Origin: an uncultured Gammaproteobacteria bacterium
GTDB lineage: Bacteria; Pseudomonadota; Gammaproteobacteria; DRLM01
DNA length: 64,000 nucleotides
Assembly: GCA_963729605.1 (NCBI GenBank)
Contig: CAVSNY010000007.1
Span: 512,001 to 576,000, forward strand
Direction: 5' to 3'
This document shows, in pieces, positions 1 through 10,645 of this stretch (position 1 is the first letter of the stretch; every line of letters begins with the position of its first letter). A program made the translations under genes and the position numbers. The notes under the pieces are model-generated. The model was not told the DNA's origin. It saw only the letters and a program-made list of their open reading frames with translations, and searched no databases.

Positions 1-1011
1 GCCGGTTGAAAAGGCGGACGTGTTCGCCGCCGTAACCGCGCTGCCCGCGGCCGGCAGATTCACCGGCAGATTTTTAGTGATGGGCGGATAACACAAGCCC
101 GCGTCGGCGCAACCTTGATAACGGACCTCCAGCGTCACCGGCTGCGCGTTCGCGGTGTTGCGCGTGAGGGGGAGTTCGAAGCTCACCTGCTTGTAGTAGA
201 CCTCGCTGAGCCCGAAGCTCTCGTCCACCTTTTCGACGCCGCGCGGGGCGGTGTAGCTGCCGAGGGTCACGCCTTCCGCATCGTGCAGGGCGAAGGCGAA
301 TTTGTCGCGGTAAAGGTAATAGCCTTCGGCGATTTGCCAGCGGGCGACGGCGCGGTCGGCGGCGGGGGTGTCGATGGTGACCACGAAGGCCTGCTCGGGA
401 TCGAGGAATGCCTCCTGCTGGGATTTCAGCCCGAGCTTGTCGCCGAGTGAAGCAAAGAGGCCGCGCAGCCCGCCGCCATTGCCGGCCGCCGGGGGCGCGT
501 CGATCAATTGCAAGTTGGCGGTTTGAGTGTGGGGCGGGAAACACACGCCGACGTCGGCGCACCCTTGGGAATGGGCGCGCAGGGTGAATTGACTGGTGGG
601 GTCGTCGCGGCCGCGCAGCAGGGGAATGTCCACGGTGAGGGTGCCGCGGTAAATCGCCATCTCGCCGAAGAATTCGTCGGTCTTGGTCTCGGTGGGCGGT
701 GGCAGCACCGGCATCCCGAGGCCGACGGCGGCCTGGCCGGATTCAAAACGCAGCTTGTCGCGATAGAGGTAATAGCCGTCGGCGATGCGCCATTCCACCC
801 GCACCATGTCGGCGGCGAGGCTGCGCGCGGAGAAGGCGTAGGCCCGGTCCGGCGGCAGCAGGTCTTTGGCGTCGACGGCGTGAGCGGCGCTGAAGCCGGA
901 TAAGCAAAACACGACGACCGCGAGCGCGGCGCGCCAACCGCGGAAGTTGAAGGCGCGCCATGGCGGCGGATTCGTGGGGGCTGGATTGATCGCGCTCACC
1001 TGTGACTGCAT
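1..1011 (-). CDS. dsbD: Protein-disulfide reductase DsbD, 5' part with two tandem N-terminal (alpha) domains; runs off the window start
   Basis: Absent from the ORF track because it has no stop in the window. Manual translation from ATG 1011 is open to base 1: signal peptide, then WRIADGYYLYRDKLRF...QGCADVGVCFPP and again WQIAEGYYLYRDKFAF...QGCADAGLCYPP. Directly downstream of cutA, the usual cutA-dsbD order. Confidence 0.88.
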   Translation of the reverse strand, partial: MQSQVSAINPAPTNPPPWRAFNFRGWRAALAVVVFCLSGFSAAHAVDAKDLLPPDRAYAFSARSLAADMVRVEWRIADGYYLYRDKLRFESGQAAVGLGMPVLPPPTETKTDEFFGEMAIYRGTLTVDIPLLRGRDDPTSQFTLRAHSQGCADVGVCFPPHTQTANLQLIDAPPAAGNGGGLRGLFASLGDKLGLKSQQEAFLDPEQAFVVTIDTPAADRAVARWQIAEGYYLYRDKFAFALHDAEGVTLGSYTAPRGVEKVDESFGLSEVYYKQVSFELPLTRNTANAQPVTLEVRYQGCADAGLCYPPITKNLPVNLPAAGSAVTAANTSAFSTG

Positions 1012-1069
1012 CCCGGATAGTGTGCTCTGCATATTCAAGTACTAACGCCGGATGGCTTCCGGCTGATTG

Positions 1070-1396
1070 TTATGACCGCGTGCAGGCGGCGGTGATCCAG
1101 TCTAAATAACCCGACAGGCCGGCTGCCAGTGGGACCGCGATGATTTCAGGAAGTTCGTAGGGATGCAAGGCCGTTATGGCCTGTTCGAGCGTCGGATAGG
1201 CGGCTTGGGTCGTCTTGATGATGAGCAGGTGTTCTTCCGCGCTTTCCCGCGCGCCCTGCCATAGATAGACCGAACGCAGGCCGCCCACGATGTTGACGCA
1301 GGCGGCGAGGCCTTGCTCCACCACGGCGTCGGCGATCACGCCGGCGGTCTCGGCGTTGGGGCAGGTGGTCAAGACGACATAATGATTGTGACTCAT
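1070..1396 (-). CDS. cutA: Divalent-cation tolerance protein CutA
   Basis: VVLTTCP, GLAACVNI, SVYLWQG and LHPYELPEIIA motifs. Confidence 0.95.
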   Translation of the reverse strand: MSHNHYVVLTTCPNAETAGVIADAVVEQGLAACVNIVGGLRSVYLWQGARESAEEHLLIIKTTQAAYPTLEQAITALHPYELPEIIAVPLAAGLSGYLDWITAACTRS

Positions 1397-1490
1397 GGTG
1401 CGCCTAGATTAGCAGAGAAGCGCGATGGGTGGGCCGCCGGGGCCGGATCGCGCCTTGAGCTTCGCCGCCCGCCCCTGTACCTTGATGGGC

Positions 1491-1949
1491 ATGAAGGCCT
1501 TTCGCTGGTTGCTGCTGTTATTCATCGTCGTTCCGGTTTTGGAAATCTACCTCCTGATCAAGGTGGGGAGTTTCATTGGCGCGTGGCAGACGCTGTTGTT
1601 GCTGTTGTTTTCCGCCGTGCTGGGGATGGTGTTGATCCGTGTGCAAGGATTCCTGACCTGGCGGCGGGCGAGCGCCTCCCTGGCGCGCGGCCAGCTTCCC
1701 GCCATGGAATTGCTGGAGGGGGTGTTCGTCTTGCTGGGGGGCGTTTTATTGCTGGTCCCCGGGTTCGCGACCGATGCCGTCGGTCTTTTATGCCTGATCC
1801 CGCCGCTGCGCCGCCTCGGGGTGCGCTGGCTGTTGAGTCGCCTGAAGCTCAGGCCCGTCAATCGAGGGCCGGCTCCCCCGCCGGGAAGCGGTCCGCGGAC
1901 TATAGAGGGCGATTTTGATCGGGAAGAGGATCGCCCGCCCCGGTCCTGA
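1491..1949 (+). CDS. fxsA: FxsA family inner-membrane protein
   Basis: VPVLEIYLLIKVG, LLLVPGFATDAVG and C-terminal IEGDF motifs; lies upstream of groES. Start set at ATG 1491 (1485 also possible). Confidence 0.92.
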   Translation: MKAFRWLLLLFIVVPVLEIYLLIKVGSFIGAWQTLLLLLFSAVLGMVLIRVQGFLTWRRASASLARGQLPAMELLEGVFVLLGGVLLLVPGFATDAVGLLCLIPPLRRLGVRWLLSRLKLRPVNRGPAPPPGSGPRTIEGDFDREEDRPPRS

Positions 1950-1999
1950 AAGTTTTTTTCGGCCCCCCACCTTGACTCTCGAGTTTTCGTCACTATCAT
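1945..1999 (+). promoter_or_regulatory. Candidate overlapping groESL promoters, one sigma32-like and one sigma70-like
   Basis: CCTGAA(1945-1950)-N14-CCCCAC resembles the RpoH consensus CTTGAA-N13/14-CCCCAT. TTGACT(1972-1977)-N16-TATCAT(1994-1999) resembles sigma70. Confidence 0.55.
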
Positions 2000-2001
2000 T
2001 A

Positions 2002-2028
2002 CTGGCACTCACCTGGCGCGAGTGCTAA
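2002..2028 (+). promoter_or_regulatory. CIRCE operator (HrcA binding site)
   Basis: CTGGCACTC-N9-GAGTGCTAA against the consensus TTAGCACTC-N9-GAGTGCTAA, 72 nt upstream of groES. Confidence 0.9.
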
Positions 2029-2100
2029 CAAATTCGCCCACTGCTTTGGCGAACAATGACTCATCATTGTTCAAATTTCTGAATTATAGGGAGATCAAGA

Positions 2101-2391
2101 ATGAAAGTCCGTCCTTTACACGATCGTGTTATCGTCCGCCGTTTGGATGAAGAGCGTAAAACGGCTGGGGGTATTGTGATTCCCGACAGCGCCGCCGAAA
2201 AGCCGGTCCGTGGTGAAATCATCGCCGTGGGCAAAGGCAAGATCCTCGACAACGGCGATGTGCGCGCCCTGGACGTGAAAGTCGGCGACAAGGTGCTGTA
2301 CGGCAAGTACTCGGGCACCGAAGTGAAGGTCGATGGTCAGGAGCTGCTGGTGATGCGTGAAGACGACATCATGGCCGTTTTGGAAGCGTAA
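2101..2391 (+). CDS. groES: Co-chaperonin GroES
   Basis: [12 protein letters not shown]...[11 protein letters not shown]...GTEVK; GGAG RBS. Confidence 0.99.
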   Translation: MKVRPLHDRVIVRRLDEERKTAGGIVIPDSAAEKPVRGEIIAVGKGKILDNGDVRALDVKVGDKVLYGKYSGTEVKVDGQELLVMREDDIMAVLEA

Positions 2392-4074
<1,683 letters not shown>

Positions 4075-4103
4075 TCGTCGCACGACGACGTCGGCCATCA
4101 CCT

Positions 4104-4139
4104 AAAAAAGCCCCGCCGTGTACACGGCGGGGCTTTTTC
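4104..4139. terminator. Bidirectional intrinsic terminator between groEL and pilU
   Basis: AAAAAAGCCCCGCCGTG-TA-CACGGCGGGGCTTTTT: perfect GC stem with A and T tracts on both sides, between convergent genes. Confidence 0.9.
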
Positions 4140-4159
4140 TTTGGGCGTCGGGTGGTGAT

Positions 4160-5368
4160 TTAACGGCCGAAGCTGGAGCCGTTTTTGTCGTCGTCGACCA
4201 GGCTGAGAGACAGCCCGGAGGGAGAGGCCGGCGCGGCCGCGGGTTTGGGCGCCGGCGCGACCGGTTCTTTGGGGGCGATGACCGTGGTCTCGGCCTCGGC
4301 GCCGATGCCGCGTTCCTCGAGGCTGATGCGCAACCGTAAATTATTTTGCGAGTCGGCGTTGCGCAAGGCTTCTTCCATGGTGATCTTGCCGTTTTTGTAA
4401 AGTCGGTATAAGGCGCCGTCGAAAGTCTGCATACCGATATTTTCCGACTTATCCATGATCTCCTTGATCTTGTGTACCTCGCCTTTGAGAATGAGGTCGC
4501 AGATCATCGGCGTGCCCAGCAGCACCTCCACCGCCACCGTGCGCTTACCGTCGATGGTGGGGATGAGGCGTTGTGAGACGATGCCGCGGATATTGAGCGA
4601 TAAATCCATCAGCAGTTGCTTGCGGCGCTCGTCGGGAAAGAAGTTGATGATGCGGTCCAACGCCTGGTTGGCGCTGTTGGCGTGGAGGGTGGTCAGGCAT
4701 AAGTGGCCGGTCTCGGCGAAGGCGATGGCGTGATCCATGGTTTCACGGTCGCGGACCTCACCGATCAGGATCACGTCCGGCGCCTGGCGCAGGGTGTTTT
4801 TCAATGCCTCGGTGTAGCTGAGGGTGTCGATACCCACCTCGCGCTGATTGACGATGGATTTTTTGTGGCGGTGCATGAACTCCACCGGATCCTCGATGGT
4901 GATGATATGGCCCGCGCTATTGCTGTTGCGGTAATCGATTAGCGAGGCCAGCGAGGTGGATTTGCCGGACCCGGTGCCGCCCACGAACAACACCAAGCCG
5001 CGTTTTTGCATGACCAGTTTGGTGAGGATGGGCAACAGCCCCAGCGACTCCCACGAAGGAATTTCGGTCTTGATGGCGCGGATCACCATGCCGAGCTGGT
5101 TGCGCTGCTGAAAAATATTGACGCGAAAACGACCCACTCCCGCCTCGGACAGCGCGAGATTCATCTCCGGATTTTTCTGAAACGCCGCGCGCTTTTCATC
5201 GTCCATCAAGGAATAGGCGATCTCGCGCAGGCGGTCGGGGGTCATGGGCGCCGGTTCCAGGGGTGTCATCACGCCTTGAATTTTCGCGGTGGGCGGGGCG
5301 CCGGTGGTGAGGTAAAGGTCGGAAGCTTCCTTCACCATCATGAATTTTAAATACTCCCGGAATTCCAT
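4160..5368 (-). CDS. pilU: PilT/PilU-family type IV pilus retraction ATPase (PilU-like)
   Basis: Walker A GGTGSGKST, ITIEDPVE, LRQAPDVILIGEVRD, AETGHL..TLHAN, ALDRIINFF and GMQTFD. Confidence 0.9.
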   Translation of the reverse strand: MEFREYLKFMMVKEASDLYLTTGAPPTAKIQGVMTPLEPAPMTPDRLREIAYSLMDDEKRAAFQKNPEMNLALSEAGVGRFRVNIFQQRNQLGMVIRAIKTEIPSWESLGLLPILTKLVMQKRGLVLFVGGTGSGKSTSLASLIDYRNSNSAGHIITIEDPVEFMHRHKKSIVNQREVGIDTLSYTEALKNTLRQAPDVILIGEVRDRETMDHAIAFAETGHLCLTTLHANSANQALDRIINFFPDERRKQLLMDLSLNIRGIVSQRLIPTIDGKRTVAVEVLLGTPMICDLILKGEVHKIKEIMDKSENIGMQTFDGALYRLYKNGKITMEEALRNADSQNNLRLRISLEERGIGAEAETTVIAPKEPVAPAPKPAAAPASPSGLSLSLVDDDKNGSSFGR

Positions 5369-5502
5369 CGCGCCTCCCGCTAAACTCGAATGATTTTGGA
5401 TCAGATGACCCTAGAGGCGTATCGGCGTGGAAGGTAGCAACTTGAATGGTATGATCCGCCGCCTGAGGCGGGGATTTCGCCAAGTAAATTCGAGGGTTTC
5501 CG

Positions 5503-8412
5503 GTGAGTCGGCAAAGTCTTGATCCGATGTTTTTAAATGTGCCAGCGGCCTTGCGCGAGGAGACGGAACGGCTCTGGCTCCGCTATGTCGCGGCGGCCGG
5601 CGAACAGGGGATCGCCGTGCCCGCGGCGGCGGAGGTGATCGAGAGTCTGCCGCGGGTATGGGCGGCCAGCGATTTCGTGGCGCAACACTGCGTGCGTACG
5701 CCGGCCTTGCTGGCGGAATTGGCCGGCGGCGATTTGCAGGCGGTGTATCCCGAACCGGAGTACGCGCGGCGCCTGGAGTTGGATTTGACGAAGGCGGTAG
5801 ACGAGCCCGCCTTGGCGCTATGCCTGCGACGATTCCGGCGCCGTGAGATGGTGCGCATCGCCTGGCGCGACCTGGCCGGCTGGGCGGATCTGCGGGAAAC
5901 CCTGGGCGATCTGTCGGCGCTGGCCCGCGCCTGCCTCGAAGGCGCCTTGCGCCGTTTGGATGACTGGCAGTCCGCCGAACTGGGCGCACCGACGGGAGCG
6001 TCCGGCGAGCGGCAGGGTTTGATCGTGATCGGCATGGGCAAGCTGGGCGCCGGCGAACTCAATTTTTCCTCCGACATCGATTTGATCTTCGCCTATCCGG
6101 AGGACGGCGAGACCCGCGGCGGCCCGCGCAGCGTGACCCACGAGGACTATTTCCGGCGCCTCGGCCAGCGCCTCATCCAGGCCTTGAACGCCGTCACCGC
6201 CGACGGTTTCGTGTTCCGCGTCGATATGCGGCTGCGGCCCTTCGGCGACAGCGGCCCGCTGGTGATGAGCTTCGACGCCATGGAGGAGTATTACCAGACG
6301 CACGGCCGCGAATGGGAACGTTACGCCTGGATCAAGGCCGCCGTGGTGGCGGGTGACCGCGCCGCCGGCGAAAAACTGCTGCGGCAATTGCGACCCTTCG
6401 TGTTTCGGCGTTATCTGGATTTCAGCGCCTATCATTCCTTGCGTGAAATGAAGGCGCTCATCGCCGAGCAGGTCAAGCGCAAGGGCTTGGAGGACAATAT
6501 CAAACTCGGCGCCGGCGGCATTCGTGAAATCGAATTCATCGGCCAGGCCTTTCAGCTGATCCGCGGCGGCCGCGAGACCGAACTGCAAGCACGGCCCATC
6601 CTCACCGTCTTGGAGCGGTTGGGTGCGGCGGCCTATCTGCCCGCCCATGTGGTCGCCGATCTCGCCACCGCTTACCACTTTCTCCGCCGCGCTGAAAATC
6701 GCCTGCAGGCCTACGCCGACCGGCAAACCCATCGCCTGCCGAGTGACGGCGCGGGCTGCCAGCGGCTGGCGATGGCCATGGACTACGCCGATTGGGAGAG
6801 TTTCGCGCGGATATTGCAGCATCACCGCCGCCGGGTGCACAGCCACTTCGAGCATTTATTCGCCGCGCCCGAGGAGGGTGTGAGCCGCGACGAGCAAGGG
6901 CCGCTGATGCGGCTGTGGCGGGGCGATTTGCCTGCCGCCGAGGCGGAGGCCGCGCTCTCCGGGGCGGGATTCGATGAACCCGCGGCGGTGTTGGAGCAAA
7001 TCACCCGCCTGCGCGAATCCGCTACTTACCGCCATTTAACGGCGCAGGGCCGCCAACGCCTCGATTATCTGATGCCGCTGCTGTTGGGCGCGGTGGCGCA
7101 AGCCGAACGGCCGCGCGTGACCTTGAGCCGGGTGCTGGGTCTGCTGGAAAAGATCGCGCGGCGCACCGCCTATCTGGCGCTGTTGGCGGAGAACACCGTC
7201 GCCTTGTCGCAACTGGTGCGCCTGTGCGCCGCCAGTTCGTGGATCGCGGCACAGCTGGCGCGGCATCCTTTGCTGCTCGACGAGCTGCTGGACCCGCGCG
7301 TCTTGTATGTACCGCTCAATCGTGAGGCCTTGCAGCGCGAACTTGCCGCCGACCTTGAGCCGGTCGCGGCGGACGATCTCGAGCAACAAATGGAAGTGCT
7401 GCGCCATTTCAAACAGACCAACGTGCTGCGGGTGGCGGCGGCCGATTTGGCCGGCGTTTATCCGTTGATGGTGGTGAGCGACCACCTCACCGAGATCGCC
7501 GAGGTGATCCTCGGCGAGATGGTGCGTCTCGCCCGCGCCCATATGGCGGCGCGCCATGGCCTGCCGCGGTGCCGGGCCGACGGCCGCGTTTTTGAACCGG
7601 GTTTCGCGGTGATCGGCTACGGCAAGCTGGGCGGGATCGAGCTCGGCTACGGTTCCGATCTCGATCTGGTGTTCTTGCACGACAGCGCCGGCGAGGAACT
7701 GGGCAGCTCGGGCGCCAAGCCGCTCGATAACGCCGTGTATTTCGCCCGGCTCGGCCAGCGCATCATCCACATGGCCACCGCCCATACCCCGTCGGGGGTG
7801 TTGTACGACATCGACATGCGCCTGCGGCCCAGCGGCGCGTCCGGGTTATTGGTCAGCAGCATGACCGCTTACGCCGATTACCAGCGCAAGGAGGCCTGGA
7901 CCTGGGAGCACCAGGCCCTGGTGCGGGCGCGGGCGGTGGCGGGCGACGCGCCCGTGGCGACGGCGTTCGACGCGGTGCGGCGCGAGGTGTTGGCGCGCCG
8001 CCGCGACCGGGCCGTGCTGCGGCGCGAGGTGCGCGAGATGCGCCAGCGCATGCGCGACGAACTCGGCCAGCGCGATCCCGCGCGCTTCGACCTCAAGCAG
8101 GACCCCGGCGGTATCGCCGATATTGAATTTATGGTTCAATATGGCGCTTTGGCGTGGGCCTGTGACCATCCGGAATTGCTCCGTTATACCGATAATATCC
8201 GCCTGTTGGAGGGTTTTGCCGGGGCCGGATTGATGACGGCGGCGGATGTCCGGTTATTGAGCGACGCCTACCGCACCTACCGGGCCAGAGTCCATCAGCT
8301 TACCCTGCAGGATGAGTCCGCGCTGGTCGGCGCCGAGGCGTTCCACGCGCTGCGCGCCGAGGTATCGCGCGTCTGGCGGATGTTGATGGAAGACCCCGGC
8401 GATCCCGTTTAG
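5503..8412 (+). CDS. glnE: Bifunctional glutamine synthetase adenylyltransferase/adenylyl-removing enzyme
   Basis: Two nucleotidyltransferase halves (GMGKLGAGELNFSSDIDL and GYGKLGGIELGYGSDLDL), DMRLRP twice; 969 aa. Start GTG 5503 or ATG 5527. Confidence 0.97.
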   Translation: MSRQSLDPMFLNVPAALREETERLWLRYVAAAGEQGIAVPAAAEVIESLPRVWAASDFVAQHCVRTPALLAELAGGDLQAVYPEPEYARRLELDLTKAVDEPALALCLRRFRRREMVRIAWRDLAGWADLRETLGDLSALARACLEGALRRLDDWQSAELGAPTGASGERQGLIVIGMGKLGAGELNFSSDIDLIFAYPEDGETRGGPRSVTHEDYFRRLGQRLIQALNAVTADGFVFRVDMRLRPFGDSGPLVMSFDAMEEYYQTHGREWERYAWIKAAVVAGDRAAGEKLLRQLRPFVFRRYLDFSAYHSLREMKALIAEQVKRKGLEDNIKLGAGGIREIEFIGQAFQLIRGGRETELQARPILTVLERLGAAAYLPAHVVADLATAYHFLRRAENRLQAYADRQTHRLPSDGAGCQRLAMAMDYADWESFARILQHHRRRVHSHFEHLFAAPEEGVSRDEQGPLMRLWRGDLPAAEAEAALSGAGFDEPAAVLEQITRLRESATYRHLTAQGRQRLDYLMPLLLGAVAQAERPRVTLSRVLGLLEKIARRTAYLALLAENTVALSQLVRLCAASSWIAAQLARHPLLLDELLDPRVLYVPLNREALQRELAADLEPVAADDLEQQMEVLRHFKQTNVLRVAAADLAGVYPLMVVSDHLTEIAEVILGEMVRLARAHMAARHGLPRCRADGRVFEPGFAVIGYGKLGGIELGYGSDLDLVFLHDSAGEELGSSGAKPLDNAVYFARLGQRIIHMATAHTPSGVLYDIDMRLRPSGASGLLVSSMTAYADYQRKEAWTWEHQALVRARAVAGDAPVATAFDAVRREVLARRRDRAVLRREVREMRQRMRDELGQRDPARFDLKQDPGGIADIEFMVQYGALAWACDHPELLRYTDNIRLLEGFAGAGLMTAADVRLLSDAYRTYRARVHQLTLQDESALVGAEAFHALRAEVSRVWRMLMEDPGDPV

Positions 8413-8486
8413 CGCATCGTCCGGCGCGTGCGCCGTATGATGTTTAATTTTGATATTTTGATATTAATGTTGAGGAGATTTGAGTC

Positions 8487-9411
8487 ATGTCGATGGCTGA
8501 CCGCGACGGCGTCATCTGGTTAGACGGCCAATTGGTGCCCTGGCGTGAAGCCAAGGTGCACGTGCTGACCCATACTTTGCATTACGGGATGGGGGTATTC
8601 GAAGGCGTGCGCGCTTATAAAACCGATCGTGGCGCCGCGATCTTCCGCTTGAAGGAGCACACCGACCGGCTGTTCCGTTCCGCCCACATCCTCGGCATGA
8701 AAATACCGTACGACAAGACGACGCTCAACGAGGCCACCAAACAAGTGGTGCGCGACAACAAGCTCGAATCGGGCTACATCCGCCCCATGTGTTTCTACGG
8801 CGCCGAGGGCATGGGCCTGCGCGCCGAAAACTTGAAGACCCACGTCATGATCGCCGCCTGGACCTGGGGCGCCTACATGGGCGAGGAGAATCTCAAGCGC
8901 GGCATCAAGGTGCGCACCTCGCTCCTACACCCGCCATCACGTCAATATCATGATGTGCAAGGCCAAGGCCAATGGCAACTACCTCAACTCCATGCTCGCG
9001 CTCAACGAGGCGCTGGCCTGCGGTTGCGACGAGGCCATGCTGCTCGACGCGGAAGGCTACGTCGCCGAAGGCAGCGGCGAGAACATCTTCATCATCCGCG
9101 ACGGTGTGATCTACACGCCCGAGCTCACCTCGGCGCTCGACGGCATCACCCGCGCGACGGTCATCCAAATCGCGAACGACATGGGCCTCGAAGTCCGCGA
9201 GAAGCGCATCACCCGCGACGAGGTCTACATCGCCGACGAGGCCTTCTTCACCGGCACCGCCGCCGAGGTCACGCCGATCCGCGAGGTGGACGGCCGCGCC
9301 ATCGGCATCGGCAGCCGCGGGCCCATCACCGAAAAACTGCAAACGACCTATTTTGATCAGGTGCATGGCCGGCGCGAGGTTTATCCGGAATGGCTGAGCT
9401 TGGTAGAGTAA
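8487..9411 (+). CDS. ilvE: Branched-chain amino acid aminotransferase, split by an apparent 1-nt insertion near 8922
   Basis: The 5' frame has [17 protein letters not shown]. The 3' frame has [19 protein letters not shown] and [11 protein letters not shown]. Removing one base near 8922 gives [18 protein letters not shown]. Confidence 0.93.
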
Positions 9412-9473
9412 GGCCGGGGGGAACCCGACCCGTTGGTCGGGCCGGCTGAAAAATGGGGATAAAGGAGACGGAC

Positions 9474-9704
9474 GTGAACACGACACAGTCGGCGGGCGGC
9501 GCGGGTAAAAAAAGACAGATCGAGGCCAATGCCGAAAACCGTTATGAGGTGACGCGGGCGGATCTGCCCTTGCATTGCCCGATGGACGGCATGAGTTTGT
9601 GGAATTCCCACCCTCGCGTCTATCTGCCCATCCAGGAAACCGGCCAGGCCATGTGTCCTTATTGCGGCGCCAACTATTTTCTCGTCGATCACCCGGCCAA
9701 GTGA
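9474..9704 (+). CDS. Small zinc-finger (zf-CHCC type) protein
   Basis: LPLHCP...WNSHPRVYL...CPYCG; AAGGAG RBS before GTG 9474. Confidence 0.85.
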   Translation: MNTTQSAGGAGKKRQIEANAENRYEVTRADLPLHCPMDGMSLWNSHPRVYLPIQETGQAMCPYCGANYFLVDHPAK

Positions 9705-10645
9705 CATCACGGGCGCAGAGTCCCACGCCGCCGCGCCGGCCGCTGGTGGCGTGGTGGTTCAGTGACGGCAAGGCGGGGCACGCCAATCAAGTGCGCGGTT
9801 TGCTGGCCGCGCTGTCCGCACGCCTGCCGCTGGAAGCCCACGCCCTGCCCGCGCTGAAAACGCCGCAGGCCCTCGCCGCCTTGCTGTGGCGGCGCGCCGT
9901 GCGCCGCGACCTGCCCATTCCGGATTTATTGCTGGGCGCCGGCCATCGCACCCATCTCTCCCTGCTCGCCGCCCGCCGTGCCCATGGCGGGCGGGCCGTG
10001 GTGTTGATGAAACCCAGTCTGCCCCGCCGCTGTTTTGATTTATGCATCGTCCCCGAACACGACGGCGTGCGGTCTTCCGCGCGAGTACTGGTGACCCGCG
10101 GCGTGCTGAACGCCATCCGTCCCGCGCCGGTGAAAAGACCGGGCAGCGGGCTGATCCTGGTGGGCGGGCCGTCGTCGCATCACGGCTGGGACGAGGCGGT
10201 CTTGCTGGAGCGGATCAAAACCATCGCCGCACATGATCCCGCGCGGCACTGGACCGTCGCCGGTTCGCGGCGCACGCCGCCCGCCACCGAACTGCGTCTG
10301 GCGGCACTCGGCCTGCTCAATGTCGATAACGTGTCGTATCGTGACAGCCGGCCGGAGTGGTTGCCCGCGCAACTGGCGACGGCGGAACAGGTGTGGGTGA
10401 CGGAAGACAGCGTGTCGATGATCTACGAGGCGCTGACCGCCGGCGCGGCGGTGGGCGTGCTCGGCGTGCCGCGCCGCGGCGCGGGCCGGGTGGTGCGCGG
10501 GGTGGAGGGTTTGCTGCGTGAGCAATGGGTGACCTCGTTCGCCGCTTGGCGGCAGGGACGGGCGCTGCGGGTGCCCCAACAGGTTTTTGACGAAGCGGCG
10601 CGGTGCGCCCAGTGGATGGTCGAGCGATGGTTCAGCGTGCATTGA
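9701..10645 (+). CDS. ELM1-family (GT-B-like) protein, probable LPS inner-core transferase
   Basis: SDGKAGHANQ, GAGHRTH, IVPEHD, LVGGPS, SRRTP and VTEDSVSMIYEALTAG motifs; GTGA overlap with the upstream stop. Confidence 0.85.
   Translation: MTSRAQSPTPPRRPLVAWWFSDGKAGHANQVRGLLAALSARLPLEAHALPALKTPQALAALLWRRAVRRDLPIPDLLLGAGHRTHLSLLAARRAHGGRAVVLMKPSLPRRCFDLCIVPEHDGVRSSARVLVTRGVLNAIRPAPVKRPGSGLILVGGPSSHHGWDEAVLLERIKTIAAHDPARHWTVAGSRRTPPATELRLAALGLLNVDNVSYRDSRPEWLPAQLATAEQVWVTEDSVSMIYEALTAGAAVGVLGVPRRGAGRVVRGVEGLLREQWVTSFAAWRQGRALRVPQQVFDEAARCAQWMVERWFSVH

Noticed and set aside
74-961. Short ORFs listed at the window start
   Set aside because: Alternative-frame or antisense shadows of the open dsbD frame at 1-1011.
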